Origin: Squalus acanthias
Lineage: Eukaryota
DNA: 64,000 bases
Reading direction: 5' to 3'
Assembly (NCBI GenBank): GCA_030390025.1
Contig: CM059432.1
Coordinates: forward strand, 131,070,001-131,134,000
The position numbers and the translations under genes were made by a program. Below are positions 25,880-39,689 of this stretch, one piece after another (within the stretch, counting starts at the first letter, position 1; each line of letters begins with the position of its first letter). Below the pieces are notes generated by a model. The model was not told the origin of the DNA. It did no database searches and saw nothing but the letters and a program-made list of their open reading frames with translations.

Positions 25880-26705
25880 GCCGACAGACAGACAAGTGAG
25901 TGGGCAAAACTATGGCAGCTGGAGTTCAATGTGTGGAAGTGTGTGGTCATCCACTTTGGATCTGAGAAAGAGAAATCAGAACATTTTCTTAATGGTGAGA
26001 GACTAGAAGCTGTGGAGGATCAAATGGATTTAGGTGTCCATGTACACAGATCACTAAAAGCTAGTGTACAAGTACAAAAAGTAATCAAAAAGACTAATGG
26101 AATGATGGTCTTTATCTAAAGTGGGTTGGAGTACAAAAGTGAGGAAGTGATGCTTCAGTTGTAGGCCTTGGTCAGACCCCCATTTTGGAGTACTGCGTTG
26201 AGTTTTGGGCACTAACCCTCAGGAAAGATGTGCCTTGTATGGGGTACCGTGCAGATTCACCAGAATGATACCAGGGCTTAAAGGGTTAAATCACAAAGAC
26301 AGGTTGCATAAACTTGGCTTGTATTCCCTTGACGTTAGAAGGTTGAGCGGGTGATCTAATCAAGGTGTTTAAAATGATAAAGGGAGTGAAACTATTTCCT
26401 CGGGTGGGGGAATCCAGAATAAGAGGGCATAATCTTAAAATTAGAGCAATGTCATTTAGGAATTAAGTCAAGAAGCATTTTTTCACGCAAAGGGTAGTGG
26501 AAATATGGAATTCTCTCCCCAAAAGGCTGTGGATGCTGGGTCTATTGAAATTTTCTAGACTGAGATTGATAGATTTCTGTTGGGTAAGGTTATTCAGGGA
26601 TATGGAGCAAATGTGGGTAATTGTAGCTGAGGTATAGATCAGCCATGATCTAACAATAGCGAAACTGGCTTCTGGAGCTTAATTGCCTACTCCTGTTTCT
26701 ATGAC
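25880..26705 (+). mobile_element. Decayed CR1 3' fragment
   Basis: KCVVIHFG...DLGVHVHRSLK motif followed by a CR1 3' UTR. Confidence 0.85.
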
Positions 26706-27705
26706 ATGTTGCAGATTCAGTTATTTTAGTGTAGGAATTTATAACGTGAGCAGGGATCAATTAAAGGACGTGCTAAGATAAACTTCCAGGGAGAAGGGTG
26801 ATAGGAGAATGGTTTGGGGAATGCAGAAGGACGTCGATAGTGAGGGGAAAAAAGGAAGTGTTTGGAAATAGTACTGTCAGTGGCAGAAACCTCAGTAGTG
26901 GTGAGGACATGGGGAATGATGAGGGGATGGCCGTGAGGATTGGTGGGAGGGTTTACATGCGGGGTGCCTGAGTGAGGGTAGAAGTACATAGAAATCAGGA
27001 GAGGGGCAAGGAGAATTTAGGTATGGGTTGAAATCATTCAGGATACAAAAGCGAGGAAAATAGGAAGATTTCAGTGAGGAAGTTAGTAGGGACTTCAGAG
27101 GGCAGTAGACTAAGAAATCTTTGAACGATGGAGCCACTGAAGTTTGGCAAGTGGAGAGGGTGTTGGATGAGTGGGATTTAGGCCGCGATTTTGCCGGCGG
27201 GTCTGGAGGTGGGTCAGGAGTGAAAATCTAAATGATTGACGGCGGTTGTGAACCCGCCGCCATCCTGCCTCCATGCAACTTTACAAAGTGTCGGGTCTGC
27301 GAGTCCCAATCAGACCCGACACCAAGCGGCGGGAGAGGCACAAGGCAGCTAACAGCTTGTTAATTGCCTACATAATCCCATTTTTACAGGCTCTTCCCAT
27401 TTTACTACATTTTCAGCGTGTTGCACGTCGTGCGACAAACACGCCAGCTGATTGTTGCTGGTTCAGCAACTACCTGGATTCTTGACAGCTGCACCTGCAG
27501 TATAAAAGCGGACCTGTAACATGGCTGACTTTCAGATGCCAGAACTTTGCGTTTTGAGGTTTTGGAACACATTTTGCAGGTCTATTGAGCTTGTAAGTGT
27601 TTAAGCTGAGAACCATATGCACTGTGACCTCCTGGGAAAGCCCTCTCCCCACATTGACTGAGCGCTTATAAAATCTCTTCCTCAACTGAGATATATACCA
27701 GCGGA

Positions 27706-28919
27706 ATGGGAACCATTTATACCCTCTCATCCTGGTCTTCAGAATCGGAAGAAGACCAGCCACAGCAGAAGCAGAACCAGGCACAACAGCAGCAGCAACA
27801 ACAGGAGCGCCAACCTTCTCCTCAGCCACCTGATGCTGCACAGGGCAGAGGGCGTCAGCGCAGGGCTGCACCGCGCCGCAGGAGATACCCCCAACACAGG
27901 GTTTACAGGCCGAGGATGAGCTTCCTCAACATGAGTGAGCAGCAGTGCCAAAGGAGGCTGAGACTTTCGCGAGAGATAGTCGCTGACATCTGTACAATGC
28001 TGCACCAACACCTGTAGCCCAGAGGAGCAGGTGGACACTCCTTACCAGTGGCTGTCAAAGTCACCACCGCACTCAATTTCTTTGCTTCAGGGTCCTTCCA
28101 GGGATCAGCAGCAGTCATCAGCGGCATCTCCCAGTTGGCCGCACACACTTGCATCACACAGGTTACCGATGCTCTCTTTGCAAAGGCGCACAATTACATC
28201 CACTTCTTCACGGATGAAGCAAGTGTAACCGCGCGTGTGGTTGGCTTTGCAAATATGGCAGGCTTCCCAAGGGTGCAGGGCATCGTAGACTGCACACATG
28301 TGGCCATTAGGGCACCCCATCACAACCCAGCTGTATTTGTCAACTGCAAAGGCTTCCACTCCCTTAACGTCCAGCTGGTGTGTAACCACAGGAAGAACAT
28401 TATGCATGTTTGCGGCAAGTTCCCTGTCAGTTGCCATGACTTGTTCATCCTGCGGCAGTCTACTGTGCCTCAGCTGTTCATTCCGCCAACCCAACTTTCG
28501 GGATGGCTACTTGGAGACAAGGGCTATCCCCTGAAGACGTGGCTAAGGACACCGATGAGGAGGCCATCAAACGAAGCTGAGGAGCGCTACAATGTGAGCC
28601 ACATTTCCACCAGAAGCATCATAGAGCAAACCATTGGCTTGCTCAAAATGCGATTCAGATGCCTTGACAGATCTGGTGGATCCCTACAGTACTCACCAGC
28701 CAGGGTCTCCAGAATCATCGTGGTCTGCTGTGCACTGCACAGCAGCGTGGCTTACCGCTGCCTGAGGAACAAGTGGCTCAGTGCACAGCCTCCTCCACCT
28801 CAGAGGAGGATGCAGATGAGGAAGATCTTGCGGAGGTGCATGTGCCAGTTCCACCAGCACGCGAGCACATTGCTGGCTGTGAGGTAAGGGATGCACTAAT
28901 CCATGCCAGATTTGCTTAA
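27706..28919 (+). pseudogene. Harbinger (HARBI1-like) DDE transposase
   Basis: [27 protein letters not shown] and [15 protein letters not shown] motifs. In-frame TAG at 28015-28017 and a frameshift near 28740. Confidence 0.92.
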
Positions 28920-29199
28920 GTTTACACAGCACACACATGTGGCTTGCCGACCTTCTTAACACACCGTACAGCATCTGTACAATAAACTGTGGGTTCCTAT
29001 CACTCTCAGCACCATCATTACAGATGAAAGGTGCCCTGACCCCTCACTGTGACACTTCCATTTCTGAGCACACATAGGCCAACTCTTTGAAGCTTTGCCA
29101 TCGCATTTCTTTATTACAATTGAAGTAACGATGAGAATCTTCACTTTGTATTAGACCAAAACACCCAAGTGACTACCCTTGTGACTATTTGTGTTAACT

Positions 29200-31063
29200 T
29201 TCTCTTACGCATGCTTCTACGTGGTGCTTCCCCTGTGGCTTCAGCAGATGTTGAGGCACCTTGCTCACTTCTATGCTGCGCCTGCTTCGATACCTTTGGC
29301 AGGCGTCCTCTGGACTTGGGAGCCTAGGAGGGCTCGGCAACAGTCTGCGGCTGTGCAGGGACTGAGACGGCCATCTCAGTTGGGTGAGGAATCTGGGGCT
29401 CTGACCGAGGGTTCCGCAGTGGCATGGGAGTGTGAGTGCTTGGAGAGGAGCCCACACTTCCTTGTTGTCGACCACCAACATCCCTCTCATGGATCACCTG
29501 CACTTCACTGCTAGCAAGTAGCTGGAGAGCACCTTGCTGCACATGAGTGGGGCCATGAGGACCCGTCTTTGTACTGACAGTTCTCATAATGCGGACGTCC
29601 ATGTACCTCTGGTTCCTCTCCTCAATAGATGTCCAACTATCCTCCATAGCAGATCATCTATTTAGAAGAGTCACCATTTGCGTCTGACGATTTATGTCCT
29701 CCATGGAGGTTGCCATCCTTTCCATGGCGGCAACTACATTCTCCGTTGAGTGCACCATGGCATTGCTCATGTTTGAGATGGACTCCTCCATTCTCTGCAC
29801 ACTCGCAGTTACAGTGGTTGCAAACCATGTCAGAGACTCCTGCACTTGTCCCTGAAGTTCCAGCACCGCTCTCTTTCTGGATGGCCCCAGAGGCACAGTG
29901 TCCACATGCAGCTGAGCAGAGCTAGGAGCGTCCTGCGCCCTCCGACGAGGACTCTCCACTGCTGTTCCTGTCTCCACCATCTGCTGCTGCTCACTTGTGA
30001 GCTGTGATACACCAGGTGACAACACTAATCTATCTCGCAAATGACCCACCGAGGTGCGCGTCTTTGCGCTGGTGCTGGGTGCGCTCTATTCTGCTGACAC
30101 TGCACCCTCAGAGGTTGCAGCTTCCTCTGAGGAGTCTTCCGGCTCTTCCTCCTGGACAGTGGGGCAGGGGGCTATCGATGGTCCTGTGAGGAAGTAAAGG
30201 CATGAATTAGACATGTGATATTAACGTAGCAGACACATCCCATTGTGCAGATGATCAGAACTCAATCTGTATGAACATCAGATGCCATATCAGTCACTCA
30301 TGAAATCTAAATGAGAGGGTTGCAAATCTATTCTGTCACCAGCTTGCTCTACTGCGCCCGTCTCTCCGTCCCCTACTTCTAGATTCTCAGTACCTCCGAC
30401 GATGTCGATAGCAGCCTCCTCAGCGGTGGTCAAGTGCGCCATGGAAGGTGGCCCTCCTCCTGTCCTCTCCCTCTCCCTCTTATTGTGGGCTCTCTTTTCC
30501 TGCAATGAGAGACACAAGTGGAGTTTGAGCGAGAATGTTGGAGTGAGTGTAGAGAAATCTTAGAGGGAGACAAAGATGGAGTGAGGTGCCAATACCAAGG
30601 GCCCTCCCTGTGCGTTGTTAGTTGTTGCTATTGCATAACAGTGATAGTGAGTGTGAGGGGTGCATAGTAGAATGGTGGAGTGATTCTGTACATAGAGGGA
30701 TGGTTAAGGGTGCAAGGGATGTAAGGATAAGTTGGGATGTGCAGGAGTAGGTTGACAATGCAGAGTGCTGGTGATGAGAGGAGATGGGGAGCAGATTGAA
30801 GGTAAGTGTGATGTTATACTCACTTTTGCTGAGCGTAGCAGATCATTGAACCTTTTGTGGCACTGAACCCAGGTGCGTGAGCACAAAGACCTGGCGCTCA
30901 CCTCCTCAGCAATTTGCAGCCAGGCTGCCTTGGTTTGCTGAGGAGGCTTCCTCCGTCCATTTGAGGGGAACAGAACCTCTTTGCGCCCTCTCACTCCCTC
31001 CACAAGAGCATGCAGGGAGTCATCATCAAATCTAGGAGAGGCCTTTGCTGTTGAACCGGTCAT
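29200..31063 (-). pseudogene. Harbinger Myb/SANT-like DNA-binding gene, three exons (31063-30824, 30499-30340, 30183-~29200)
   Basis: PRFDDDSLHALVEGV...AAWLQIAEEV...RTWVQCHKRFNDL, with gt/ag junctions. Exon 3 is disrupted. Confidence 0.85.
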
Positions 31064-31428
31064 CTCGCTATCTGCCACACTGAGAAGCATCAGAAAATGA
31101 ATGAAAAACCACAAGGCTGCATGGGCCCCTTAAATGCAGCTGAATGGAAGACGTCAGCAGAAGCAAGCAGCAGACCCAAACCCACTGATTGGGCCGGGCA
31201 ACGCGCACGATGGGCTTAATAAGCCCAGTTAAGGGAAAATAGTTAATTCAGAGCGGCTGAAACCGACAGCGGGACCGGAACCCGCCGACCAGCCAACCCA
31301 ACTCCAACCCGCCGCCGATGGTAAAATCGCGGCCATGGTGTGGGACATGATAGAAGATAGAAGCAGAGTTTTGAACATGTTGCAGTTTATGGAACACCAG
31401 CAAGGAGATCATTGTAGTAGTCGAGTTT

Positions 31429-31669
31429 GGAGGCCCGACACCGGAGTAAGCGGACCTGTGTGGGAGTGGGAGTGGCAGCAGGACCTGAGAGAAGGCAGAG
31501 CGGCCATAAAGGGGCGCGGCAGAGGAGGCCCGACACCGGAGGAGGCGGACCTGCGTGGGAGTGGCAGCGGGACCTGAGAGAAGGCAGAGCGGCCATAAAG
31601 GGGCGCAGCAGAGGAGGCCCAACACTGGAGGAGGCGGACCTGCGTGGGAGCGGCAGTGGGACCTGAGAG
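31429..31669 (+). repeat. 89-bp tandem repeat (about 2.6 units) at the CR1 5' end
   Basis: ggaggcccgacaccggag...ggccataaaggggcgcagcaga units at 31429, 31524 and 31613. Confidence 0.9.
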
Positions 31670-31757
31670 GCAAAATTCAAAAGAGTGATGTCAGAGAGAA
31701 AAAAGTGACGTCGGCACTAGGGAAGAAGCTGATTGGTGAGTAGCTGGTGAATTTTTT

Positions 31758-32639
31758 AAATTCGGTTGCTTTGCGCCTCCCGTTAGCACCCTAAGAGGGC
31801 GCTAATGGGGCACAAAGCAACTAGCGCCTGGGCGCGGCGATGTTTGCGCCGCTCGCGAAATTGACCAGACATTTTGCGGCGGCGCTAAACACTACCGCCA
31901 CGATCTCCTGCGCCGCAGATCGTGACGTCAGTTGAGCATGCAACGCCCTGGTAGCTCCCCGGACTGGATATTGAGTGGTGCCCCCTGCCTTACCGCCTGC
32001 CGCTAGCAACGACAGGTTGAGGGGAGCGTTTTGCAGTCGGGAAGGGACTGGGGAAGCGCTACTTAAAAGCGTCCGCTTCCTGCCTTTTTTTGTCGGCGAC
32101 ATTTTTGCACCACGCATTCTGAGAGAGAGAGAGACTTCTGGAGAGATTCAATGCTGTGTGAAGGAGTTTTGGGTACTGAGCAGCACTTTGCAGGTTCATT
32201 TTGATTTGACCTTCCTTGCAGCGATTTAGAAGAGACTGTGGGGACTACACTCTGAGCTCTTTCCCTGGGGCTCTCCATTATTCTTTCCAGCAGATTTGAT
32301 GTACAGGTCTCTCCAGGCCGAGATTCAAGGCTGCAATGAGCAGGGTGTGCATGGAGAGCAAGATTGACCTTCCCTTTTAAGAACTGGCCGGAGCCAGTGT
32401 GTCTGTGTTCCATTGCTGACTGACATCACATGAGCTTCGCCAGCGCTCTGAAGTACTGCCTCGCTCCTCGGCGTTAGTACCTTAAGAGAGGTGTATAGCG
32501 CCTGATTTAGCGCTCCAATCACCTCCAGGGGCGATAGAAGCCCAGTTTGCATTCGGAGGCGATAATTAGCGACGGGCGCTAAACTTTGCGCCCGGCCGAT
32601 AATTGCGCCCCAAACAGGGCGATACCGAATTTCTACCCC
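31758..32639. mobile_element. Harbinger-like MITE, left TIR clipped
   Basis: Right end gaatttctacccc. Inverted relative of 48046-48938. Confidence 0.8.
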
Positions 32640-32706
32640 TTAGTCTTTAACTAAGGGCGGAGGGTTATACTAAATACTTTAGTTAATTAATCTAATAACT
32701 AGAGGC

Positions 32707-33658
32707 ATGGCAGGGCAGCTCGGTCCCGTGGAGTGCACATCCTGTGCCATGTGGGAGTCCTGGATGCTTCGCGTAGCCTGGACGACTACATGTGCAGGAA
32801 GTGTCGCCAGCTGCAGCAACTCGAGCTCCGGGTTTTGGAGCTTGAGCGGCATCTGGAGTCACTGCGGTGCATCCGCGAGGCTGAGAGTTACATGGATAGC
32901 ACGTTTCAGGAGGTGGTCACCCCACAGCTTAAGAGTGTGCAGGCAGAGAGGAAATGGGTGACCACCAGACAGAAGAGGAGGACCAGGCAGGTAGTGCAGG
33001 AGTCCCCGGAGTGCATCTCACTCTCCAACCAGTATTCTGTTCTGAGTACTGGTGAGGGTGATGGTTCCACTGGGGAGTGCAGCCAGAGACAAGTCCATGG
33101 CACCACGGGTGGCACAGCTGCACAGGTGGGGAGGAAAAAGAATGGAAGAGCAATAGTGGTAGGGGATTCGATAGTATGGGGAACAGACAGGCGTTTCTGC
33201 GGCCGCAGACGTGACTCCAGGATGGTATGTTGCCTCCCTGGTGCCAGGGTCAAGGATGTCACAGAGCGGCTGCAGGACACTCTCTGAGGGGGGAGAGTGA
33301 ACAGCCAGAGGTCGTTGTCCATATCAGTACCAACGACATAGGCAGAAAGAGGGATGAGGTCCTGCAGGCAGAGTTTAGGGAGCTAGAGGAGAAACTAAAA
33401 AGCAGGACCTCAAAAGTAGTAATCGCTGGATTACTCCCGGTGCCACGTGCTAGTGAGTACAGGAATAGGAGGATAGAACAGATGAATGTGTGGCTGGAGA
33501 GATGGTGCAGGAGGGAGGGCTTTAGATTCCTGAGGCATTGGGACCGTTTCTGGGGAAGGTGGGACCTGTACAAGCCGGACAGGTTATACCTCAACAGAGC
33601 CGGGACCAATATTCTCACGGGGAGGTTTGCTTGTGCTGATGGGGAGGGTTTAAACTAG
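32707..33658 (+). pseudogene. CR1 ORF1: zinc finger, leucine zipper and SGNH esterase-like domain
   Basis: CTSC..CRKC, LQQLELRVLELERHL, VVGDSIV, CCLPGARV and HISTND motifs, with two frameshifts. Confidence 0.88.
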
Positions 33659-34042
33659 CTTGGCAGGGGGATGGGCACCAGCATATAGGAGTAAGAGGAA
33701 TAAGGTGCATAAAGAGTGAGTGTGTTGGATAGCACTAGAGAAGAAAATAGTACTAGAGGTGGAAGTAGTACCACATTAGATAGGAGCAGAGTAAGAAAGA
33801 CTATGAAAAATTCAAAAATGGGTTTAGAATGCATGTGCGTAAACGTACAAAGTGTGGTGAATAAGGTTGGTGAGCTACAAGCACAATTAGCCGTGTGGCA
33901 ATATGATGTTGTTGCAATAACGGAACCGTGGCTTAAAAGCGGTGAGGACTGGGCACTTACTATTCAAGGGTACAAGGTGTTCAGAAAAGATTTGGAAAGA
34001 AAAAAGGGAGGTGGGGTGACAGTGCTGATTAAGGAAGACATT

Positions 34043-34785
34043 GGGCCAAAAATTCATCCCGCTGCGCGAGAGTACGCACTGCGTACTCTCGCGTATTCTC
34101 TCTCCAATTGCCGGTTTTCTGCATGCCCTGCGCATGCGCTGAAAACTGGCACTTGGTCTTTTGAAAAGGGGGCGGTTCCTCGGTGCATCGCGTGCGCGCT
34201 ACAGGCTGCGCGCACGCTGTGCACTTCGTGCTTTGGACGCGCAGGTAAGGACGGAAGATTTTAGAAATGGAAAAAGGAGGAGTAAGACCCACTTTTAACA
34301 AGGTAAGTAGTGAATTAAGTATTTTTTTGATTTTTTTTTAACAGGTATATCTTTTTTAGAGACTTTAAAGACAGGTAAGTTTATTTTTATAACTTTTTAA
34401 AAGATTTTAAATTTTTTCAAAAATTTAATTTTTTATTTAAAATGGTTAATTTATTTAACTATACTTATTTTATTAATGTGATGGGTGTTTTTTAAAATTT
34501 AATTGAGGTTTAGCTGTTATTTTGGGGGGTGTAAGATTCATAGATTTCACAGCACGTATGTGAAACTTATGAATGGAAGATGGTGTGCTGCCATTGGCTC
34601 TAACTGAGTCACGTGATCCCACAGCTCGCACGAATTCACTACGCCGGTGGGATACGCAAGCACTGCCCAGCTGATGTCTGGAACATCAAGTTCGTGCGAG
34701 CTGGATCTGAAAAAGCCAACGCGGAGTGAGAGATCGCGGGGAAGCCTTACCCCCGCGGGAACAGAGCGAGATCAATTTCTGGGCC
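34043..34785. mobile_element. Harbinger-like MITE, copy 2, in the CR1 endonuclease region
   Basis: TSD ATT, confirmed by the empty site gaagac-att-gta in the twin CR1 (17766-17780, minus strand). Confidence 0.9.
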
Positions 34786-37700
34786 ATTGTAATGTTGGAA
34801 AAGGAGGATGTTCTTGAGGGGACAAGGACAGAATCCATTTGGTTAGAGTTCAGGAGCAAAAAGGGTATGATCACGCTATTGGGGATATTCTATTGGCCTC
34901 CAAATAGTGAGAGGGAGGTAGAGGAGCAAATCTGCAGGGAAATCGCAGAGATGTGCAAGGGCTATAGAGTGGTTATATTGGGGGACTTCAATTACCCAAA
35001 TATCGATTGGGATAATGCTGGGGTAAAGGGAAAGGAGGGGGAGGAATTTCAGAAATGTGCTCAGGAGAATTTCCTTGACCAGTATGCTCTTGGCCCAACT
35101 AGGAAGGCGGCATTGCTAGATCTGGTGCTGGGGAATGAGGTGGGCCAGGTCGACCAAGTGTCAATGGGAGAACACTTGGGTATGAGTGATCATTGTATCA
35201 CAAGATTTAGATTAGCAATGGAGAGGTGGAAGGAACAATCTAGAGTGGAACTTCTAAACTGGAATAGGGCTAACTTCAATTGGATGCAAAGGGATCTAGC
35301 TAGGGTAAAATGGAACCAAAGACTGACATGAAAAACTGTAACGGAGCAATGGGTGATCTTTAAGGAAGCGATGTTCCAAGTACAGGCGAGGTACATTCCA
35401 ACAAGAGGGAAGGGTAAGGGAACCAAAGCAAGGGCTCCTTAGATGACGAGGGAGATAGAGAAGATGATGAAACAAAAAAGAGGGTGTATGATGCATGTCA
35501 GGTGAATTCTTCAAGGGAGATCCAGACCAAATAAAATGAGTTGAGAGGGGAAGTGAAGATGAAAGTCAGATTGGCAAAGAGAGAATATGAGAGTAGAATG
35601 GCGGTTAACATAAAAGGGAACCCGAAAATCGGCATGTAAACAGTAAGTGGGTAGTAAGATCGAGGTGGGGCCTATTAGTGGCAAAGAAGGTGTTATATGC
35701 TTAGAGACGTAGGGCAAGGCTAGAATACTCAATGAGTACTTTGTATTGGTGTTTACTAAGGAAGTGGATGCTGACAAAATATCGGTAGCATTGGAAAAGG
35801 GGTAAAAATTGATAGACAGGATGTACTATAAAGGCTGGGTATGCTTAGAGTGGATGAGTTGACTGGTCCAGATGGCTTGCATCCCAGACTGCTAAGGGAA
35901 TTGAGGGAGGAGATAGCGGAAGGGCTTGCCATAATTTTCCAATCTTCCCTAGATGCGGGGGAGGTGCCTGAGGATTGGAAAGTGGCAAATGTGACACCAT
36001 TGTTCAAGAAAGGGTGTAAGGACAATCCTAGTAACTACAGGCTGGTCAGTTTAACATCAGTGGTGGGTAAAGTTTTAGAAACAATAATCAAGGAAAAATT
36101 TAACGGGCACTTGGAGAGGTTTAAGCTAATTAAGGAGAGCCAACACGGATTTGTAAAAGGCAGATCATGTTTGACTAATCTAATTGAATTTTTTGATGAA
36201 GTAACAGGGAGCATCGATGAAGGGAATGCAATGGATGTTGTCTACAAGGATTTTCGGAATGCGTTTGACAAAGTACCGCATAGAAGGCTGGTTAACAAAA
36301 TTGAGGCTCATGGAATAGGCTGGTCAGTGGCAGCTTGGATAATGAATTGGCTTAAGGACAGAAAACAGTTGTGGTAATTGGCTGTTTTTCAGACTGGAGG
36401 ATGGGAGACAGTGGTGTTCCCCAAGGGTCAGTGCTGGGACCAATGACTTGGATATTGGAATACAAAGTAGAATGTCTAAATTTGCCGATGACACCAAACT
36501 TGGGGGTGTGGCAAACAGTGAGGATGAACCAATCGACTGCAACAGGACATAAAAAGTCTAGCAGAATGGGCAGATGGAATTTAATACAGAGAAGTGTGAG
36601 GTGATGCATTCTGGCAGTAGGAACAGGGAGAGGCAATATACACTTAATGGTACAGTTTTAAAGAGTGTACAGGGACAGAGGGACCTGAGAGTGAATGTGC
36701 ATAGGTCCCTGAAGGTGGCAAGGCATATTGAGAGAGTGGTTAACAAAGCATATCGGGTCTTGGGTTTCATAAATAGAGGTATTGAGTACAATAGTAGAGA
36801 AGTTATGCTGAACCTTTATAAAGCGCTGGTTAGGCCACAACTGGAGTATTGCATCCAGTTCTGGTCACCACACTTTAGGAAGGATGTGAAGGCCCTTGAG
36901 AGGGTGCAGAGGAGATTTACCAGAATGGTTCCGGGGATGGGGGAACTTAGCTGCATGGACAGGTTGGAGAAGCTGGATTTGTTTTCATTAGAGCAAAGGA
37001 GTTTGAGGGGTGATTTGATAGCGGTGTACAAGATTATGACGGGTTTGGATAGGCTAGACGGGGAAAGGCTGTTCCCACTAGTTGATGGTACAAGGACTAG
37101 GGGACACAGATTTAAGGTTTTGGGCACGAGATATAGGGAGGATGTGAGGAAATTTTTTTTTCGCAGCGAGTGGTGAGGACCTGGAACTCGCTGCTGACGG
37201 AAGTGGTGGAAGCGGAAACACTCAATGTTTTCAAGGGGAGACTTGATAGGTACTTGAGGGAAATAAATTTGCAGGGCTACGGGGATAGAGCTGGGGAATG
37301 GGACTGACTGGATTGCTCTACAGAGAGCTGGCACGGACTCGATGGGCCAAATGGCCTCCTTTTGTGCCGTTATGACTCAATGACTAAGTCTGTTGAGATG
37401 GCTGCTCCTAGGCTGGTAGTTCCATAGGCAGCTCCTCATTGCTTCACCTCTATTGAAATCTGCTGCCATCCTTTGCTCTTTCTCTCCCAAATCTCCTCGC
37501 TTCCATTGTTCAAGTTCCCCTGGCTCTATTAGTTGGTGCATTTTAGCCCTAACTACAAATTAACTACAAGATAACTGCTATTTTAATCTGCCATTACCCA
37601 TGCCCCAACCCCTATGCCTGCTCTCTGCTTCTCTCACTGAGCTGCTGGATCTCTTCTCAAATTTGCCTTCTGAATTCCTGGATTTCTCTGACCATCAAGA

Positions 37701-37829
37701 CTATGCTTCTGCACTGGACTACACTGGATTACACCGTAAGACTCCTCTGCTGTGTCTCTGATATGCTGTTCTGCTGCTAAAATTTTAAAGTAACTTTGGT
37801 CATCTACAGCCCTTCCCCCACAGCTGCTG

Positions 37830-39685
37830 TTTACATAGGATTACATAGAATATACGGCACAGAAACAGGCCATTCGGCCCAACCAGTCCATGCCGGCGTT
37901 TATGCTCCACTCGAGTCTCCTCCTGTCTTTCCTCATCTAAATCCATCAGCATAACCCTCTATTCCCTTTTCCATCATATGCTTGTCTAGCCTCCCCTTAA
38001 ATGCATCTATACTATTCGCTTCAACCACTCCCTGTGGTAGCGAGTTCCACATTCTCCCCACTCTTTGGGTAAAGAAGTTTCTTCTGAATTCCCTATTGGA
38101 TTTTTTGGTGACTATCTTATATTGATAGCCTCTAGTTATGCTCTTCCCCACAAGTGGAAACATTCTCTCTGTATCCACTCTGTCAAAATTTTTCATAATT
38201 TTAAAGACCTCTATTAGGTCACCCCTCAGCCTTTTTTCAAGAGAAAAGAAACCCAGCCTGTTCATCCTTTCCTGATATGTATACCCTCGCATTTCTGGTA
38301 TCATCCTTGTAAATCTTCTCTGCACCCTCTCCAGTGCCTCTATATCCTTTTTATAATATGGCGACCAGAACTGTACGCAGTACTCTTAGGTGTGGTCTAA
38401 CCAAGGTACGATACAGGTTTAGCATAACTTCCCTACTTTTCAATTCTATCCCTATAGAAATAAACCCTCGTGCTTGGTTTGCCTTTTTTATGGTCTTGCT
38501 AACCTGTGTTGCAACTTTTTAGTGATTTGTGTATTTGTACTCCGAAATTCCTTTGTTCCTCTACCCCACCTAGACTCGCACCTTTCAAGTGATAAGTGAC
38601 CTCCCTATTCTTCCTACCAAAATGTAATACTTCACATTTAGCTGTGTTGAACTTCATTTGCCAATTATATGCCCATTCTGCAAGTTTATTAATGTCCTCC
38701 TATAACTTGTTGCAGTCCTCCTCAGTATTGACTATCCCCCCCCCCCCCCAATTTGGTGTCATCTGCCAATTTAGAAATTGTGTTTCTGATTCCTAAGTCT
38801 AAATCGTTAATGTAAATTGTGAACAGCAGTGGTCCCAGTACTGATCCTTGTGGAACACCACTACCCACCTTCTGCCACTGTGAATAGCTACCCTTTACTC
38901 CTGCTCTCTGCTTTCTGTCCTAAAGCCAGCCAGCAATCCATTCTGCTACTTGTCCCCTGACTCCGCATTCTCTGACCTTGTTCATCAGTCTATTATGGGG
39001 TACCTTATTGAAGGCCTTTTGAAAATCCAGATAAATTACATCTACTGCATTACCATTGTCTACTCTCTCTGTTACCTCTTCAAAAAATTCAATGAGGTTG
39101 GTCAAGCAAGACTTTCCCTTTTGAAATCCATGTTGACTATTCATTATTATATTTTTGGTTTCTAGATGTTCTTCTATTTTCTCCTTTAGTAGGGATTCCA
39201 TTATTTTTCCGATGTTAAGCTGACTGGTCTATAATTCCCTGGACATGTTCTATCCCCCTTCTTAAATATCGGTAATACATTAGCTATCCGCCAGTCCTCT
39301 GACACTATACCATTTTCTAACGAATTATTAAATATGCAAAGTAATGCCTCTGCTATCTCTTCCCTAGATTCTTTTTAAATGTGTGGATGCAATCCATCCG
39401 GACCAGGGGTTTTATCCTCTTTGAGTTTGATTAATTTATTTAATATATCCCCTTTTTTTATTTTAAATGCACTTTTCTCATTACTAATCTCATCATCCAA
39501 TGTCATGTTCACCTGTTCTATCTCCCTGGTAAATACTGAAGCAAAATAATTATTTAATATTTCTGCCGTCTCTCTTATCGTTACCTGTGGTATTATCCTG
39601 ACTATCCCTTAATGGTGCTATTCCCATCCCAACCTTCCTTTTTTTATTGATGTGCCTATAAAATATTTTACTATTTTGTTTTATG
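37830..39685 (-). mobile_element. 5'-truncated CR1 LINE
   Basis: ORFs 38920-39201 and 37933-38325 give the RT and C-terminus. Confidence 0.9.
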
Positions 39686-39689
39686 TTCG

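Larger units (their letters stand above)
27181..31334. mobile_element. PIF/Harbinger transposon 1 (about 4.15 kb, two convergent genes, decayed), inserted in an L2-like remnant
   Basis: TIR ggccgcgatttt...aaaatcgcggcc. Transposase on plus, Myb/SANT-like gene on minus. TSD not cleanly preserved. Confidence 0.92.
31429..37385 (+). mobile_element. Full-length-like CR1 LINE with two MITE insertions
   Basis: Tandem-repeat 5' end, ORF1 from 32707, ORF2 EN (34790-35330) and RT (35841-37176), tail atgactcaatgact. Confidence 0.93.

Noticed and set aside
27706..28887. Host HARBI1 gene or polyglutamine protein
   Set aside because: It lies inside TIRs with a Myb partner and has a stop and a frameshift, so it is a transposon copy.
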